From assembly GCA_028534125.1 (NCBI GenBank), contig CM052816.1:34412001-34476000 (forward strand): DNA of 64,000 bases, given 5' to 3'. Shown piece after piece: positions 1 through 12,640 of the stretch (positions are counted from its first letter, which is position 1; each line of letters begins with the position of its first letter). Source of the stretch: Lama glama (Eukaryota). The translations under genes and the position numbers were made by a program. The notes below the pieces were generated by a model. The model was not told the origin of the DNA, did no database searches, and saw only the letters and a program-made list of their open reading frames with translations.

Positions 1-135
1 TAGAAAGAGGGAAATAAAGCAAAGATTGCAAAATGTTAACATGGGTGAATCTAGGTAAAGGGTGTATGGAAATTCATTATGTTATACTTGGACCTTTCTA
101 TAAATTTGAAATTTTTTCAAAATAAAACATTTTGT
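1..135 (+). mobile_element. Old L1 (L1MC/ME-like) 3' end
   Basis: caaaatgttaaca..ggtgaatctaggtaaagggtgtatgg..tttgaaattttttcaaaataaaa, typical of an ancient L1 terminus. Confidence 0.65.
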
Positions 136-1321
136 AAAACATTACAGAAAAATAGAGCAAGATATAAATATAGATATAGATGCCAAACACTAAGCTGATT
201 GCAAGATGGATTTGCTACTGAAGGCACCATCTCATATTTCATTCGGGGTGCATGGCTGAGCTCCCATATTGTTGTGGGCTCCAAAGACGTGACCACGAAT
301 CATTGTGCTTTCACTACAAAGAAAGACTGCTGATTTTGTGAGGCCTTAATTCTTTTTGAATTTACTCAATTTTTTTTTTTAGTAAAATTTCTCTTACGCA
401 ACCTACCAATCAGGAAGAATAGGTGACTGTTTAATTGTAAAAAGTCTATGAAAGCAGCAAACCGTTTTCAAAAATTATACGTATGTGGCTAAAATACTTC
501 TTTTCCCTTGAAACTTTGTGTACTTTCTTTGAGTGGGTGTTTGCCAACTGGAGTTACACGTTGTCTTTCTCACATCAAGCACCCATACAACCCATACATC
601 ACCAATTATTTCCAGATTTAGTTTCTTTAAAGTGGAAAGTGCATTTCTTCTGGATGTTTACTTCTTTTCAATCATTTACAGGTGTCTCGCCCACTAATTT
701 TACATAGACTTTTTAAGCACTTGACTTTATTGAGTTCTTCCAGAGAATTCAACTTATTTTTCATAGGGAAAAAACTCTTTCCTTGTATGTATCATCAGCT
801 TATGTAATATTTCATTAAGGTCTACAATTACAGTCTGAAGAACTGGGCGGCAGAGACTTGGAAAAAAATGCAATCGGCTCTCGGTTAGCACACAGCTCAC
901 CAAGGAAGCAGAAGCACAAGGGTGTGATGCTGGGTGGCCGACTGGCTGTATGCAGTCAGTGTCCACGGGCTTTGGCCTCCATGTGTTAGAGGCGACATGG
1001 GAGAGCACCAGTTAACTCTGCGGGGATTTGGGTGTCGCTAAGTAGAGATCTTTAAAAGATCTTCTGTATTGACTTATTTTCAGCCAACAAAAAAAGATGT
1101 GATTCTCTCCAAGGATAAAAATATCCTTCAGGTGATGGATATTAAGTTTTTACAAAATTTACCAGATTAGAAGTGATGATTTGGTTACCAGGAAATTGAG
1201 TGCCTCTTATGTGCAGGCACAGCTCTATGTACTAGGTAGGGCACAGACAGATTCCATCACCATGGGTCTAGTTCTGTGGTGAGACTCCTGGATCCCCCTT
1301 CTCTACTCCAGGAGAATCCAC

Positions 1322-1360
1322 AAAAAAAAAAAAAAAAAAAAAAGAGAAAGAAAAAATAAA
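1322..1360 (+). repeat. Poly(A)/A-rich tract
   Basis: Run of ~22 A followed by gagaaagaaaaaataaa. Confidence 0.9.
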
Positions 1361-2164
1361 AGCTCCCTCAACTCAGGAAGCAAGGAATTAATTCAAGGCT
1401 GTCCTGTTTTCTTCTGAAGAACTGGAAGGGTGAAAAGGAGGAAATTTTTTACCCTGTGTCTAGTTAAATGATGTTATCATTTGCCACATGTACAACATGT
1501 TGTTTATGGTACAGTCAATTGATCATGACGCTGGAAACCTAGTGATAGATGGGACGTGGCTGTAGCAGCAGTAGCAAAACAAGGAAAAATAGCCATAATT
1601 AACATATGGAGGCACACTGATGCAATTTTGTGTCTTCTTTTATTTAAGCAATTTTCTAAATTTGAGATGATTCCTTTAATTAATCATAGAGCCAAGGCTT
1701 TTTAGTTTTCAGTATTTATCTCTACCTTCAAATTACATTTAAAAAAAAAAAGACTGCTGCTGCTTTTAGCAGAAAGAGCCTTGCCTTAAAGTGGGAAAGC
1801 GATTGGGAAGATTCCTAAAATGTTTGGGTTCAAGAACACAGCTGTAGGTTCCAGCGCTGATCCCGGCATTGCCTACCCCTCTAACTGGGGCTACCCCTCT
1901 CTTTGATTGTAATCTGTATCCACTGCCCTCCTTCCTTGGCTCCCATCCCCACAAGGCGGGCCGTCGTCCCCTCTGCAGACACGCACCCACCTCCAAGCCT
2001 GATGCTAAAAGCAGCTTCCTCGTTCCCCTCCATGGACTGAATCCTATACTTTGCTAAATGCTCAGAAGACTCCCTTCCTCTAAGTAGTCTTCTATCCCTA
2101 CTCCAGTCTCATGGATACACGAAAGTGCATTGCATGAATACTTTTCAGCAATGACCAAGTTCAA

Positions 2165-2310
2165 ACTCTTATTTTATCAGTGAGAAAACTGAGAAGGGAT
2201 GAGAATGAATAGCACAGCCTGTCACTGGGAACAGATGAATGAGAACAAGAATGGGAACAAAACCCAAGGTCCCCTCTCTGCCGGCTAAGGGCTCTTTTCA
2301 CTACACCACA
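2165..2310 (-). mobile_element. MIR fragment
   Basis: ttttatcagtgagaaaactgag core, ending ctcttttcactacacc. Confidence 0.55.
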
Positions 2311-4454
2311 CTCTCTTATTTGTGTTACTTTAGCATTTACTCATACATCCTCAGCATAACTGCTCTGAACTTGCTTCCCATCAGAATCTGTCTGATTCAG
2401 GGATGCGGAGTTTGCCCAGCCAATTAGCATGTAGGTTCCTTGAGGGCAGGGACTGTGCCTTTCATGTCCTCTGCGTGCACAGAGTGAAAACACAGTGACT
2501 AAAGGACAGGTGAATTTAATTAGCTGAATCTCAGACCAGACAGCATCAGATCCTTCCTCCCAGCAACCTCCCAGTCCCCCAATAATCTCAGCCAGCACAT
2601 GTCTTTTGATTGCATTTCTAGGCCCCCCGTGCTTTTGATTAACTTCTGTATTTTTCAGCTGTTGCACTGCCGAAGCATCCATTTTGTTTCCCCAGGTGGG
2701 ATATAGAACTGTAGGTAACAGGCAGTTAATAAGCTTAACAGGTGGGGACAGAGGCTCATTAATGGTTGCTCTGTGATATGTAGCCAGTTCCCCCCAGCAC
2801 CTAAATCTTGAAATAAATATATTCAGAGACCCCGTTATCCCGGAAGAGGACATGGATCATTTTTCTTTCATTAACAATGGAGCCACAACAACAACATTTT
2901 TGTTTATATGCGCATTTCCAAGCCTAAAAGCTTGTCCCTTTAAACCTGCTCACACTAAATTTTGATCAGCCCTTGATGAAAGAAGACTTATGGATCGGAA
3001 GCAACCCGGTAACCATCTGTGCCCAATGCATATTAAAGGAAATGTAAATTCACGAAAGCCTCCCCAGCATATATCAGTTTATCCACTCTGGGAAGACAGA
3101 GGATGATTAGATAATCTGGGACCAAATCTCCAGATTCAGCAGGGCCATGTTAACGAGGAACGGCGCTGAAGTACACAGCAGGGAGGTACTTTCTAACAGG
3201 GAAATTTCTAGATAAAGGGTGTGTCCAGTTTTCCTCTCTCTGGTTATCTATCTGATGTGGTAGACACTTCTGGAGGTGTCTGTCCAACCATAAGACCATA
3301 AGCACACACACAAACACATCTCTGAGACCCAATGAATGTGGGTCCAGGCAGCCCTGTTAATATTCCATGACCCTCTCTCTACCACCAACTCTCATTCTTC
3401 TCCCTCCTCCTGCTGCCCTATGACCACAGCCTTGGAGCTGCTATGGACCCAGGCTGCTATTCTTATACTACGACCCAAACTTAAGCAATCTCCATATCCC
3501 TCCTTCCGAACCCTTTTAACCTGCTCTGACTTAATCTCAACCAATTCAGATTTTTTTCTGTGACTTTGGAGGTCGCACTGAGAGGACCAGCTCAGCTCTT
3601 TGCCTCAACTGAGGGCTTTGTAAAATTGGGAGCTAAGAGGTGGCATCTTCTGCCATTGGCTGGAAGAAATAGCAAAGGTTGGTGCAACAAGAGAAAAATA
3701 AAGCAAATACACAATGACAAATGGAGAGCCAGAGCTGGCAAGTCCCAGAGTGAGACAGAAAGAGCAAGAAATTGTGTTCCTTTTTGAACATTTTCCAGGT
3801 ACTGGGTCCAGTCAGCCCTGGACCCAAGCCTAGTCTTTCCTTGGGTTTCAGGCAATAGCCCCATTTTCATAGCATCAGTGCTCCATTCTGCTTAGTTTGT
3901 GTGCAGTCAAAGAAGAGCTCAGAGGAAGACCCCTGGCCAAGTAAGGGCAGGGTCCAATCCAGGCTTCGGGGCCAGCCCTCAGCAAAGCCACACTGGGCTG
4001 GGAGCTTGCCCGCAGTCTGGCCTGACTAACGCCTGGCCGATTTCAGGACCAGATACGCCCGCTGGCTCTGAAAGAATCTTTTCAATGCACTGTCTTTGCC
4101 AGAAGCGTGAGAACCTAGAAGACAAAAGTACCAAGGATGAAGGACGGAGCCTCTGGCAGAAGTGAGAGCAAAACCAGGGGTTGTTGTTGACAACTGCAAC
4201 TCTCCCTGGCTGTTCTCAAACTGTAATGTGCTGGAGCTCCACCGAAGTCCCTGAGTTCTGTCCCGGAGTCAGGGACAAAGAAACAAGCCCACTTCACATT
4301 GGGCAGTTGGCCACACATAAAAGCTGCAGGTTGACTGTTTCAGTGCGGCTGGAACACAATCTTCCTGCCAGAAAGAAACACAAGTGGGTTGCTCCCTGCC
4401 TCTCCACCATGTTGAAGCCCTACTCTTTCTTTAGAAGCACACAGTAGGATCAAG

Positions 4455-5030
4455 TTTCAACATGTGGGATACAGCCAGTATTTTGTAATAACTGTAAATG
4501 GAAAATAGCCTTAAAAGAGTGTATAAAAATTAAAACATTTAAGACATAGCGACATACGTGCCCCTGATATGAGCACTAAGAACACATCACCCCCAGAGTG
4601 CGCCTGCATAATGTATGACCTCATTCTAACCTTGAGGATACATCAGCTTAACACAAACTGAGAGGCCTTCCACAAAATCCCTGACCAGTACTCTACCAAA
4701 GTGACAAATCATGGAAGACAAGAACAAAGACTTGCCAAAGACTGAAGAGGACGAAAGGAGACGGGACAACTGAATACAATGTGGGATCCTGAACTGAACA
4801 GAAAAATGACGTTAATGGAAACCTGGGTGAAACCCGAATCCACCTGTAGTTAAAAGCACTGCACCAGCGTCAATGTCTGAGGCTTGGTGACTGTGCTGAT
4901 TAGCTAAGATGTTAACACTAGGAGAAGCTGGGTGGATGGGAACTCTCTGTACTGTTTTCCCAACTCTTTTCTCAGTCTAAAATTGTCTCAAAATAAAAAG
5001 GTTTTTTAAAAATCTTTTAAAAAGAAAAAA
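4455..5030 (+). mobile_element. L1 3'-end fragments (short younger tail followed by L1MC/MD-like 3'UTR)
   Basis: acaactgaatacaatgtgggatcctgaac..gatgttaacactaggagaagctgggtg..gggaactctctgtact..aaaataaaaagg. Confidence 0.7.
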
Positions 5031-5429
5031 AGATGATATTTTATACATTATTCAGTTTCATTAAAAACTGAATACCCAAACTGGCCAAAGTTCCATCTTT
5101 CCATAGTTCACATTCTGGTGTCTGATCACTGAACTCAAATCAGTGACCAGAGAATTTCAGTTCCTCCAAACAAAGCTGAAGCATGTCCACCCACGGCTCC
5201 CTGGAGCTCCCCAGTTCCCCACCTGCCCCATCTTGCCTCCACCAGAATTCCTTGATAAGCCTCCCGTTCATTCTAAAGACTCCCTGAGCCAGAGGAGTAA
5301 TTTATTACTGCACAGGACACCTTATCCTTGGAGTGCTAAACACAAGTTAGGACTCAGGACTCTTTTCAGCTCTAATCACAGACTAATCTCTCTGGTAAAG
5401 CCACTCCAGCGTTCTATTCAGCTCAAACG

Positions 5430-6370
5430 TTCCGCATCAGGCCTTGGAGCTGTTCCGGCCAGGCCGCAGGGCAAATCCCGCGGTCGGAGCTCAGGCAGTC
5501 ACGGCATGCCCCCCCCACACCCCCCACCGGACCTTTTAACCCGCTTTGTTTTGATTATTTTAAAATCCTGCCAAACCCATTAGGACTAATGCTCAGCTGA
5601 AAGCAGCCACGACCTCCTGTCAGTGCTTGGCACAGCAGGGCCATCGGTGACAAGGAGGAAGCCCACGATCTCCTCTGAGAGGCCAGAACCCTCTGTTTCC
5701 AAAGCGGGGTGGGGGGAGGGGGCACCAGTGGAAAAGGCACCTCCCACCTAAACCTCCGAAGTCAAAACCTCCCCTCCCCTCCCCTTGCAGCTCAGGCCTC
5801 AGCTCTTTGAAGGATTTGAGCAGCTGCAGAAGCAACAGCGACCTCATGATTCAAAAAGCCCCACCAGCCGCTCTCCGAATCTGTAATCAAAACAAAAGCA
5901 CACCTGTGTTTTGGCGGCTTCAAAGCGGTTATGAGGCGCGAACGCCGCGCGGTTAAGGAAGAAGCGCAATGAGCCTACGACTGCGCAGGCGCGCCCCAGC
6001 GTTCTGGCCCCGCCGCTGCGCGGGGACCTCGAGGGGTCGCCTAGTGGACCCTCCACGTGAGAGAGCCAGTCAGTTTGCCTTGAACAGGGCGCCCTCGGGA
6101 ACTCAGTTCACAGAGAGACACTCACAGCCTGCCTTTCCAAGGCTTGGATTTGTACCACTTCACTGGAACATTGAATCAAAACTTCTCGCAGCCTCTCCTT
6201 TGTTCTTGGCTGCGAGAATGTCCTTCCCTCCCCCTACTCAAATCTGGCACGTCTGCTAAGACCCAGCTTTCGCTACTTTTTCTCGAAGCCTTTCTCGGCT
6301 GCCTACCACAGCCCTCAAGGCTCCTCCTACCACCCTTTCAGACGGTTGCAGACGCTATTGCAGCCATTTT
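5430..6370. promoter_or_regulatory. Orphan CpG-rich promoter-like element
   Basis: Highest CpG density in the window (5920-6100). NRF1-type TGCGCAGGCGCG at 5982-5993, GC box CCCCGCC at 6008-6014, E-box CACGTGA at 6054-6060, YY1-type GCAGCCATTTT at 6360-6370. Confidence 0.6.
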
Positions 6371-8139
6371 AGAGTCCTTTCTAAGGTTCCCATTTGTTAT
6401 GTCTGTGTTGCTGTTGTGTCCCTCCATGTCATGAGTTCTTCCAGCCCAAATCATTTTAGCACATTCTTGCATTGCAAGATTGATGAAAAGGAAAGAAAAT
6501 AATAAGACAGTGACAATGCACATCTCAGGGCATAGATTCTCAGCCACCCTCCCTTAGTATTTATACTCTGAGTGAAGAGAACACAGCACTGTGTAATTTC
6601 CAAAGGTCAGAGAAAGGTGATCGTGGTTGGCCAACAAAGCTCTGGTGAGCCATGTCCATCTGGACGTCCCTGCTGTCTATTTCTGTGTAATCCTTCCCTC
6701 AGTGAGGGCATGTGTAGTGCAAACGGTGATGGCTTCCAATCCATAATTACAGCATCTTTCCTTTAGCCCCAAGTGTGGATCAGTTTTGGGTGCCTGCCTT
6801 GGCAGCCAAAGGTTTTATCCAGCCTGCATCAACTGCAGGAAGTAGTGACAGGACCACGAGCCTCCTATAGCTGCAGGGTTGGACCACAGGTGACCATAAC
6901 CATAAGAAATGATCAAAAGAACTGTGTCTGTCTGCTTCCCTTGAGTGTCCTTGGAGGGCCATGCCTGGCTGAGGGAGGAGTTGGGGAAACCAGAAACAAG
7001 GCTTTGCAATGTAACTCTGTGTAAAGCAAGTTCTATGGACCCTCACAGGTAAAAAACGTCCTAAATGACAGCAAGACAGCAGCCCCCACCCCCATCACAC
7101 TCTAGAGGACCCACACAGTGCACCCCTGGCTGTGGTCTACCGAGAATCCTACCCTCCACGTGTCCCAGGCAACAAAGGGAGGGGCCTTCATGCGCCCTGG
7201 AAACCCTGATCACTCTCAGGGCTGGAGGAAACAGAAAAAGTAAGAAAATCCATTTAAAGTCAGGTTCTAGCAGAGTCCAAATAAGAGGATTAAAAAATTT
7301 TTAAGTCAATTTAAAAGGAAGTCAGTCACTGGCTAATTTCTCTGCACCCAGTCCATCATGGATAATAAATGTTTTGGCTCAAGTGTTTCTAGATTGGGGT
7401 TATGAGGTAAGAGAAATATTATATCTTTTGTTTTGTCCTGAGGAGAAGAAACCAATTCTCTGGGGCAACATTGTTGAGGAAAAGGACTATAGGCATTAAA
7501 AAAGAGGTTAAAAAAATTAAAATGAATACATCCAAAAATGCCTATAAGACTTCAAATAACATCTTTGCGTGTACCTTTGACAGAGCTGCATTTGCTCTAA
7601 GAGGCCAAGCCTTCTTTTTCCTAGAAAAGTCCTGTGCTCGCCACTTCCCTCCCATTCCACATTCCGGGACTTCTGTAGACCGCTCAGCTCCTCACCCCTC
7701 ACACACCAGCCCAGCAGCTCCATGGCTGTCAGAATTGCCTGTTATCAGGCTTATGTGAGATTAAATTTAGTCATTATCTTGGAAGAGAGTTATCTCATGT
7801 TGACAAAATCCCTCAGAGTTCACTGTAGAGAACTTTAATTTCCACATTCAAATGAGGTTTGAATTTGATCAGGCATCAATTAAACACTGTGCATTACACA
7901 GTGACCTAACTCCTGAAGAAGAGGCACTGACTGCTCTGTGCATGTTCAGCTCTAAGGTTTGCTTTCCTCCTAAAACCTTCATCTGAGGTGACAGGTCAGA
8001 CTTGGAAATAATGGGCAATACATTTACAATAATACACGTGGGTTTGATTGCTGCTTTTAAAAAGAGCCATAACATTCTAAATTACAGACTCCGTTTCCTG
8101 GGTCAGCTCAGTCTCAATGAGGATAACACCACGTGGCGG

Positions 8140-8335
8140 CTAAGCGCAACCAGACAGGCCTGGGTCCTAATCTCACGCCATCACTTTTAGCCACGTCAAT
8201 GAGGCAAGTTAATTAACCTGTCCACCATAAGTTTCCTCATCTACCACACAGGAAACAATGAGATGATGACTATAAAAGGCATAGCACAATGCCTGACAGA
8301 GAATAAGCACTCAGTAAGCTGCCACTTACCAGTAT
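8140..8335 (+). mobile_element. MIR
   Basis: ggcaagttaattaacc..agtttcctcatct..agcacaatgcctgacag..aagcactcagtaa. Confidence 0.7.
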
Positions 8336-8379
8336 CCCTGTAAGGGTAGTAATCATTTTCTACATTCAATTTTTTGTTT

Positions 8380-8700
8380 ATTTATTCCATCATCAAATAC
8401 GTGTTGAGCATGCACTAAGCCTTTGGTGAAGATAATGGAGATCGAGAAATAAAAAATGTGGTCTCTGCCCCAAAGAGTTCAGTTTTGGGGTGAGGCATAT
8501 TTCTTAGCAAACTTATGAGACTGTACACAGAGTGTTATGAGTATTGGAGAAGGAGCATTCAAATTTGACTGAAGAAATCAAGGAAGGCTTTAGAGAGGAG
8601 GTAGCCCTTAGGCTCACATTTGAAGGATAAGCATGCATGAGGGACACAAATGCAAGGAGGCCATTCCCTTCAGAGGAAATAGCTGTGGCTGAGTCTCAGA
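8380..8700 (-). mobile_element. L2 fragment
   Basis: tttattccatcatcaaatacgtgttgagc..ggtctctgccc..atcaaggaaggctttagagaggagg. Confidence 0.6.
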
Positions 8701-8910
8701 GGCACAAGAGAGCACAGCTCACCCAGGTAACTCTAACCTGGTTCACCGTGCTTGGTGAGGAGAGGGAAAAGTAAAGGGCATGGAGCAAACAGGAAGTGGG
8801 TGACATAGGACCGCTGCAGGCTCTCGGTAAGGAAGAAGTTATTTGAGCACTTTTGCACATTGAGGAGAAGGCCCAGCTCTTATTCATTTGTATCCAGCAC
8901 AGAGACCTGC

Positions 8911-9346
8911 TGTGATGGTTCATTTTATGTGGCAACTTGACTGGGCCACAAGATGCCCGGGTATCTGGTTAAATGTTACTTCTGGGCGTGTCTGTGAAGA
9001 CATCTCCAGGATAGATTAGCATTTTATCTGGTGAACTGAATAAAGCCGATTGGCCTCCCCAAAGTAGGTGGGCATCAGCCAACCCACTGGGAGCCCAAAG
9101 AGGACAAAAGGGCAGAGGAACATTGCATTCACTCTCCGCCTGACTGCATGAGCCGAGACATCAGTCTTCACAGATGGGCACCTACACCATCAGAAGATCC
9201 TGGTTCTCAGACCTTTGGACTCAGACTGGAATTTACACCACTGGCTTTCTTGGGCATCCAGCTGGCAGAGATCAGATCATGCGATTTCTCAGCCTCCATA
9301 AACATACATATATATCCCCTATCAGTTATGTTTCTCTAGAGAACCT
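8911..9346 (+). mobile_element. MLT2-family (ERVL) solo LTR
   Basis: Begins tgtgatggttcattttatgtggcaacttgactgggcc; ends cctatcagttatgtttctctagagaacc. Confidence 0.85.
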
Positions 9347-11917
9347 TCCATGAACGTAGCAAATGCTCGATGAATGTTACTTGAAAGACAAATTAAAGAA
9401 CAGAGCATCCCAGGACTACTGTCTCACTCTCAGGAATCAGACCAAATTTTGAGAAGGAAGGGATTAAAAAGGAGGAAATGAATTTCCCACATAATCTCAT
9501 CCAGAGCCTCTGTATTTTCCACAGGGAAAGCCAAAACCTCACATGTTAAATCGTAGGGCATCCCTGAACATACTTTTCCTGCTCCGAGACTATCATACAA
9601 GCGGTTTATACTCTGGTGACATTGCTTTATGAATATCAGCGTTTCTACCCCCCACATCGGGAGCACTTACTGTAGGATTTGGGAAAGAGTCAATATCTCT
9701 GGTAGAAAAGTACCCAAGTACCTTTCAAAACAAAGGATTTAAACATACAGTTCAGGAATTCGGAAGAGCCAGGGCCGGTCCTCAAGTCTGCAAGCACATC
9801 TGATGTGGGAGGGTGGGCTGGTGGGTGAGTAATGGACAAGATCCAGGAGGAAAGAAGAAGGCTTCTGCCAGCTTCCTCTTGGGAAAGGAAACTAGGGTGG
9901 ACCCAGGTGCTTGCCCTCGTCCACTAAGACCTGCATTTCTTCATTGATCATTTTGCTCTGTGATCACCATGCACAGCCCGATAGGCAGAAATATTACCTA
10001 CAGTTATAGTCTCTATTTATCACCGGCACCCAAGTAAATATTGAATAGTAATGAAAATTGTGCCTACATAAGCACTGTCCATTTGGCTAATAAAGAGGGA
10101 ACATATCTGCCACCCAGAAGGGATCGTATGAGGTGCTGGTCTGGGGGATTCACTCACAGACTCCCTAGCTGTTCAGGACTACACAGTAAGTGCAGTAACC
10201 CAGAAGGTATAAACACTGTGGTTTCCGTATTCATTGGCTTGGGTAGGCACTGAAATGTAACTTTAGAATCTGGGTAAAAGGGCAGGTAAAATGATGGTTC
10301 TAAGGGTTCACGGGAGCATAATCCTTAATTTTGAGGGGAGAAGAGCAAGAATACTTTGCCCTGTGGGGTGTCCCATGAAGGGTTTGTCAAGATCTCTCTC
10401 CCAGAGAAAGAGCAATTTGGACGCTATTTCCATTGATTTTGTTTTGTGTTCTAAGTTCTTCTGTGAAGAGGATTCTGAATAGAAATTAACCTCCAAGGGA
10501 AAAGGAGCAGCATTGGTAATAAATGTTTTTTTTTTAACTTCATTTATAGTCTGTCCTTTCTCTGACCTTCACAGGAGTTAGAAGGAAAGAGCAGCAGACA
10601 GAAGAAATATGTTTTGAAATCTGGAGAGTCCTTTGTTGTTCACTTGAAAGAGTTAAGTCTGGATCTCCCAGGCTGAACAGATCTTCCTACCTGTGCGCAA
10701 TTAAAACAACCAGGCTGCTTCTCCCTGTGAAGTAACCATTTTTGCCACGCAGTGAGGCTCCTTTTTCCTTTAGAAGTTCTCCCTGGCAATGTTAGCTGCA
10801 TGTGAACTCCTGTTCCCACGTGTTGGTCAAGACCACGCTTGTTAATTAGATTCCGTGGTGGCTTGGGTAAGTGGTCAAAATCACTTTGCATTTGTCTCAT
10901 TAACAGCTTCACACTAGGAGTCAGGCTTCCTGTGAGTCACAGCTGCCCAGGGAAGCTGATCTGGGAAGAACCAGAAAGGGCCCACAACCCTTGTTCAAAG
11001 ATACCTGCAGTACCCACGTGCTACAGGGCTAGAAATTTTGCCATTTTCAATTTGTTTTTTTGCAGAGTTAGCATAGCCCTTTCAAAGAGGGTTTCTATTT
11101 TCTATTCAGCAAACATCCGTTAAGCATCCTTCATGCATGCACAGGCATCGTGGGAGACTCAGCAGTGCTATCCTACCGAGTCTACATGAAAGATGGGTAT
11201 GTATCAATAACCATAATCTAGGATGAAAAGTATAAACGTCGTAAAAGAGTTTCAGATAAAATGCTTTGGGGTTTCAAAAGAGGAAGTTATTGATCACTTC
11301 TGACTCAGAGGATCATTTGGCATTTGAGCTGTGCCTGAAAGGGTGGGTATGATTTGAACCCACCTAGCAGGCTTGCTAGAAGCACTGAAGTATGCAACAT
11401 TTTTTTCCTATTTTTTTAAGGGTAAATATCCTAAAATAAATAAGTGATTTTGTGTTTCAGATGAATCTTCTCTGTGGCAAGAGAGATCCGAGACCAGCAA
11501 GTGTTTCATCAAGTACCACACCAAGCACTTCAAAGAAAAGGGCACCAAAACAGGGGGAAAGCACAAGCCAGATTAGTGAAATTGCTGGATTTACAGCAGT
11601 ACTTGCACCAGGCAGAACTTTGATAGAAGTGATAGAAACTTTTCTGTAACTCCTTTGGGTGATATATGACCAGTGGAGATATGTTTAGACCCCTGCCCCA
11701 GCGTGGCAGGGGCCCAGAGCCCTCTCAGTGGCTGAGTGTGGAGGCTTGAGGCAGGACTGCCCTCAGGCTGAACGTACTCAGAGGAAAGGTGGGTTCTCCA
11801 GGTCAATCCAAAGTCAGCAGGTGTGATGTTACGGAGAGTCTGGGGAACAAGATCAAATTCAGCAGTTCCTTGAGATACTGAGACTGGTCACAGGTACCTT
11901 TAAAAAGAAAAATAAAT

Positions 11918-12640
11918 CTTTTTTTAATTTCTAGTTGTGGTAAATTACACATACATAAAACTTGCCATCTTAACCATTTTTCAGTGTTCAGTTCAGTAAT
12001 TTTAAGCTCATTCACACTGTTGTACCACCAATCTCCAGAACTCCAGTCATCTTGTAAAAGTGAAACTTTACGCCATTAAACAGCTCCCCATTTCCTCCTA
12101 CCTCCAGCCCCTGGCAACTACCATCCTACTTTCTGTCTCTGACAATCTGATTACTCATATTAGCAGAATCATACAGTATGTGTCCTTTTTGTGACTGGCT
12201 TGTTTCCCTTAGCATAATGTCCTCAAGTTTCATCTATGCTGTAGCATATGTCAGAATTTCCTTCCTCTCTGAGGCTGAGTAATATTCCCTTGTGCACATA
12301 TACTACATTTTGCTTATCCATTCATTTGTTGATGGGCACTTGGGTTGCTTCCACTTTTTGGCTATGATGAATAATGCTGCAGTGATGTGCGCGGACAGGT
12401 ATCTCTTCAAGACCTGGCTTTCAGTTCTTCTAAGTATATATATCTAGAAGTGGAATTATTGGATCACATGGTGATTCTATTTTCGATTTTTTGAGGAATG
12501 ACCATACTGTTTCCCACAGAACTGTAGTATTTGACATTACCACCAACAGTGCACAAGAGTTCCAATTTCTCTACATCCTGCCAACTCTTCCTGTTTTCTG
12601 GTTTTTTGAAAATAGTCCTCCTGAGAGGTATGAGGTGGCA
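11918..12640 (-). mobile_element. L1MB-like 3' end (3'UTR plus end of ORF2)
   Basis: Poly-T, then ttgtggtaaattacacatacataaaacttgccatcttaaccattttt..tggcttgtttcccttagcataatgtcctcaagtttcatc..ggatcacatggtgattctattt. Confidence 0.9.

Noticed and set aside
5143..6259. ORFs overlapping the CpG-rich region (146 aa, 96 aa etc.)
   Set aside because: GC-rich DNA is stop-poor; the Pro/Arg/Ser-rich translations have no recognisable domain or exon structure.
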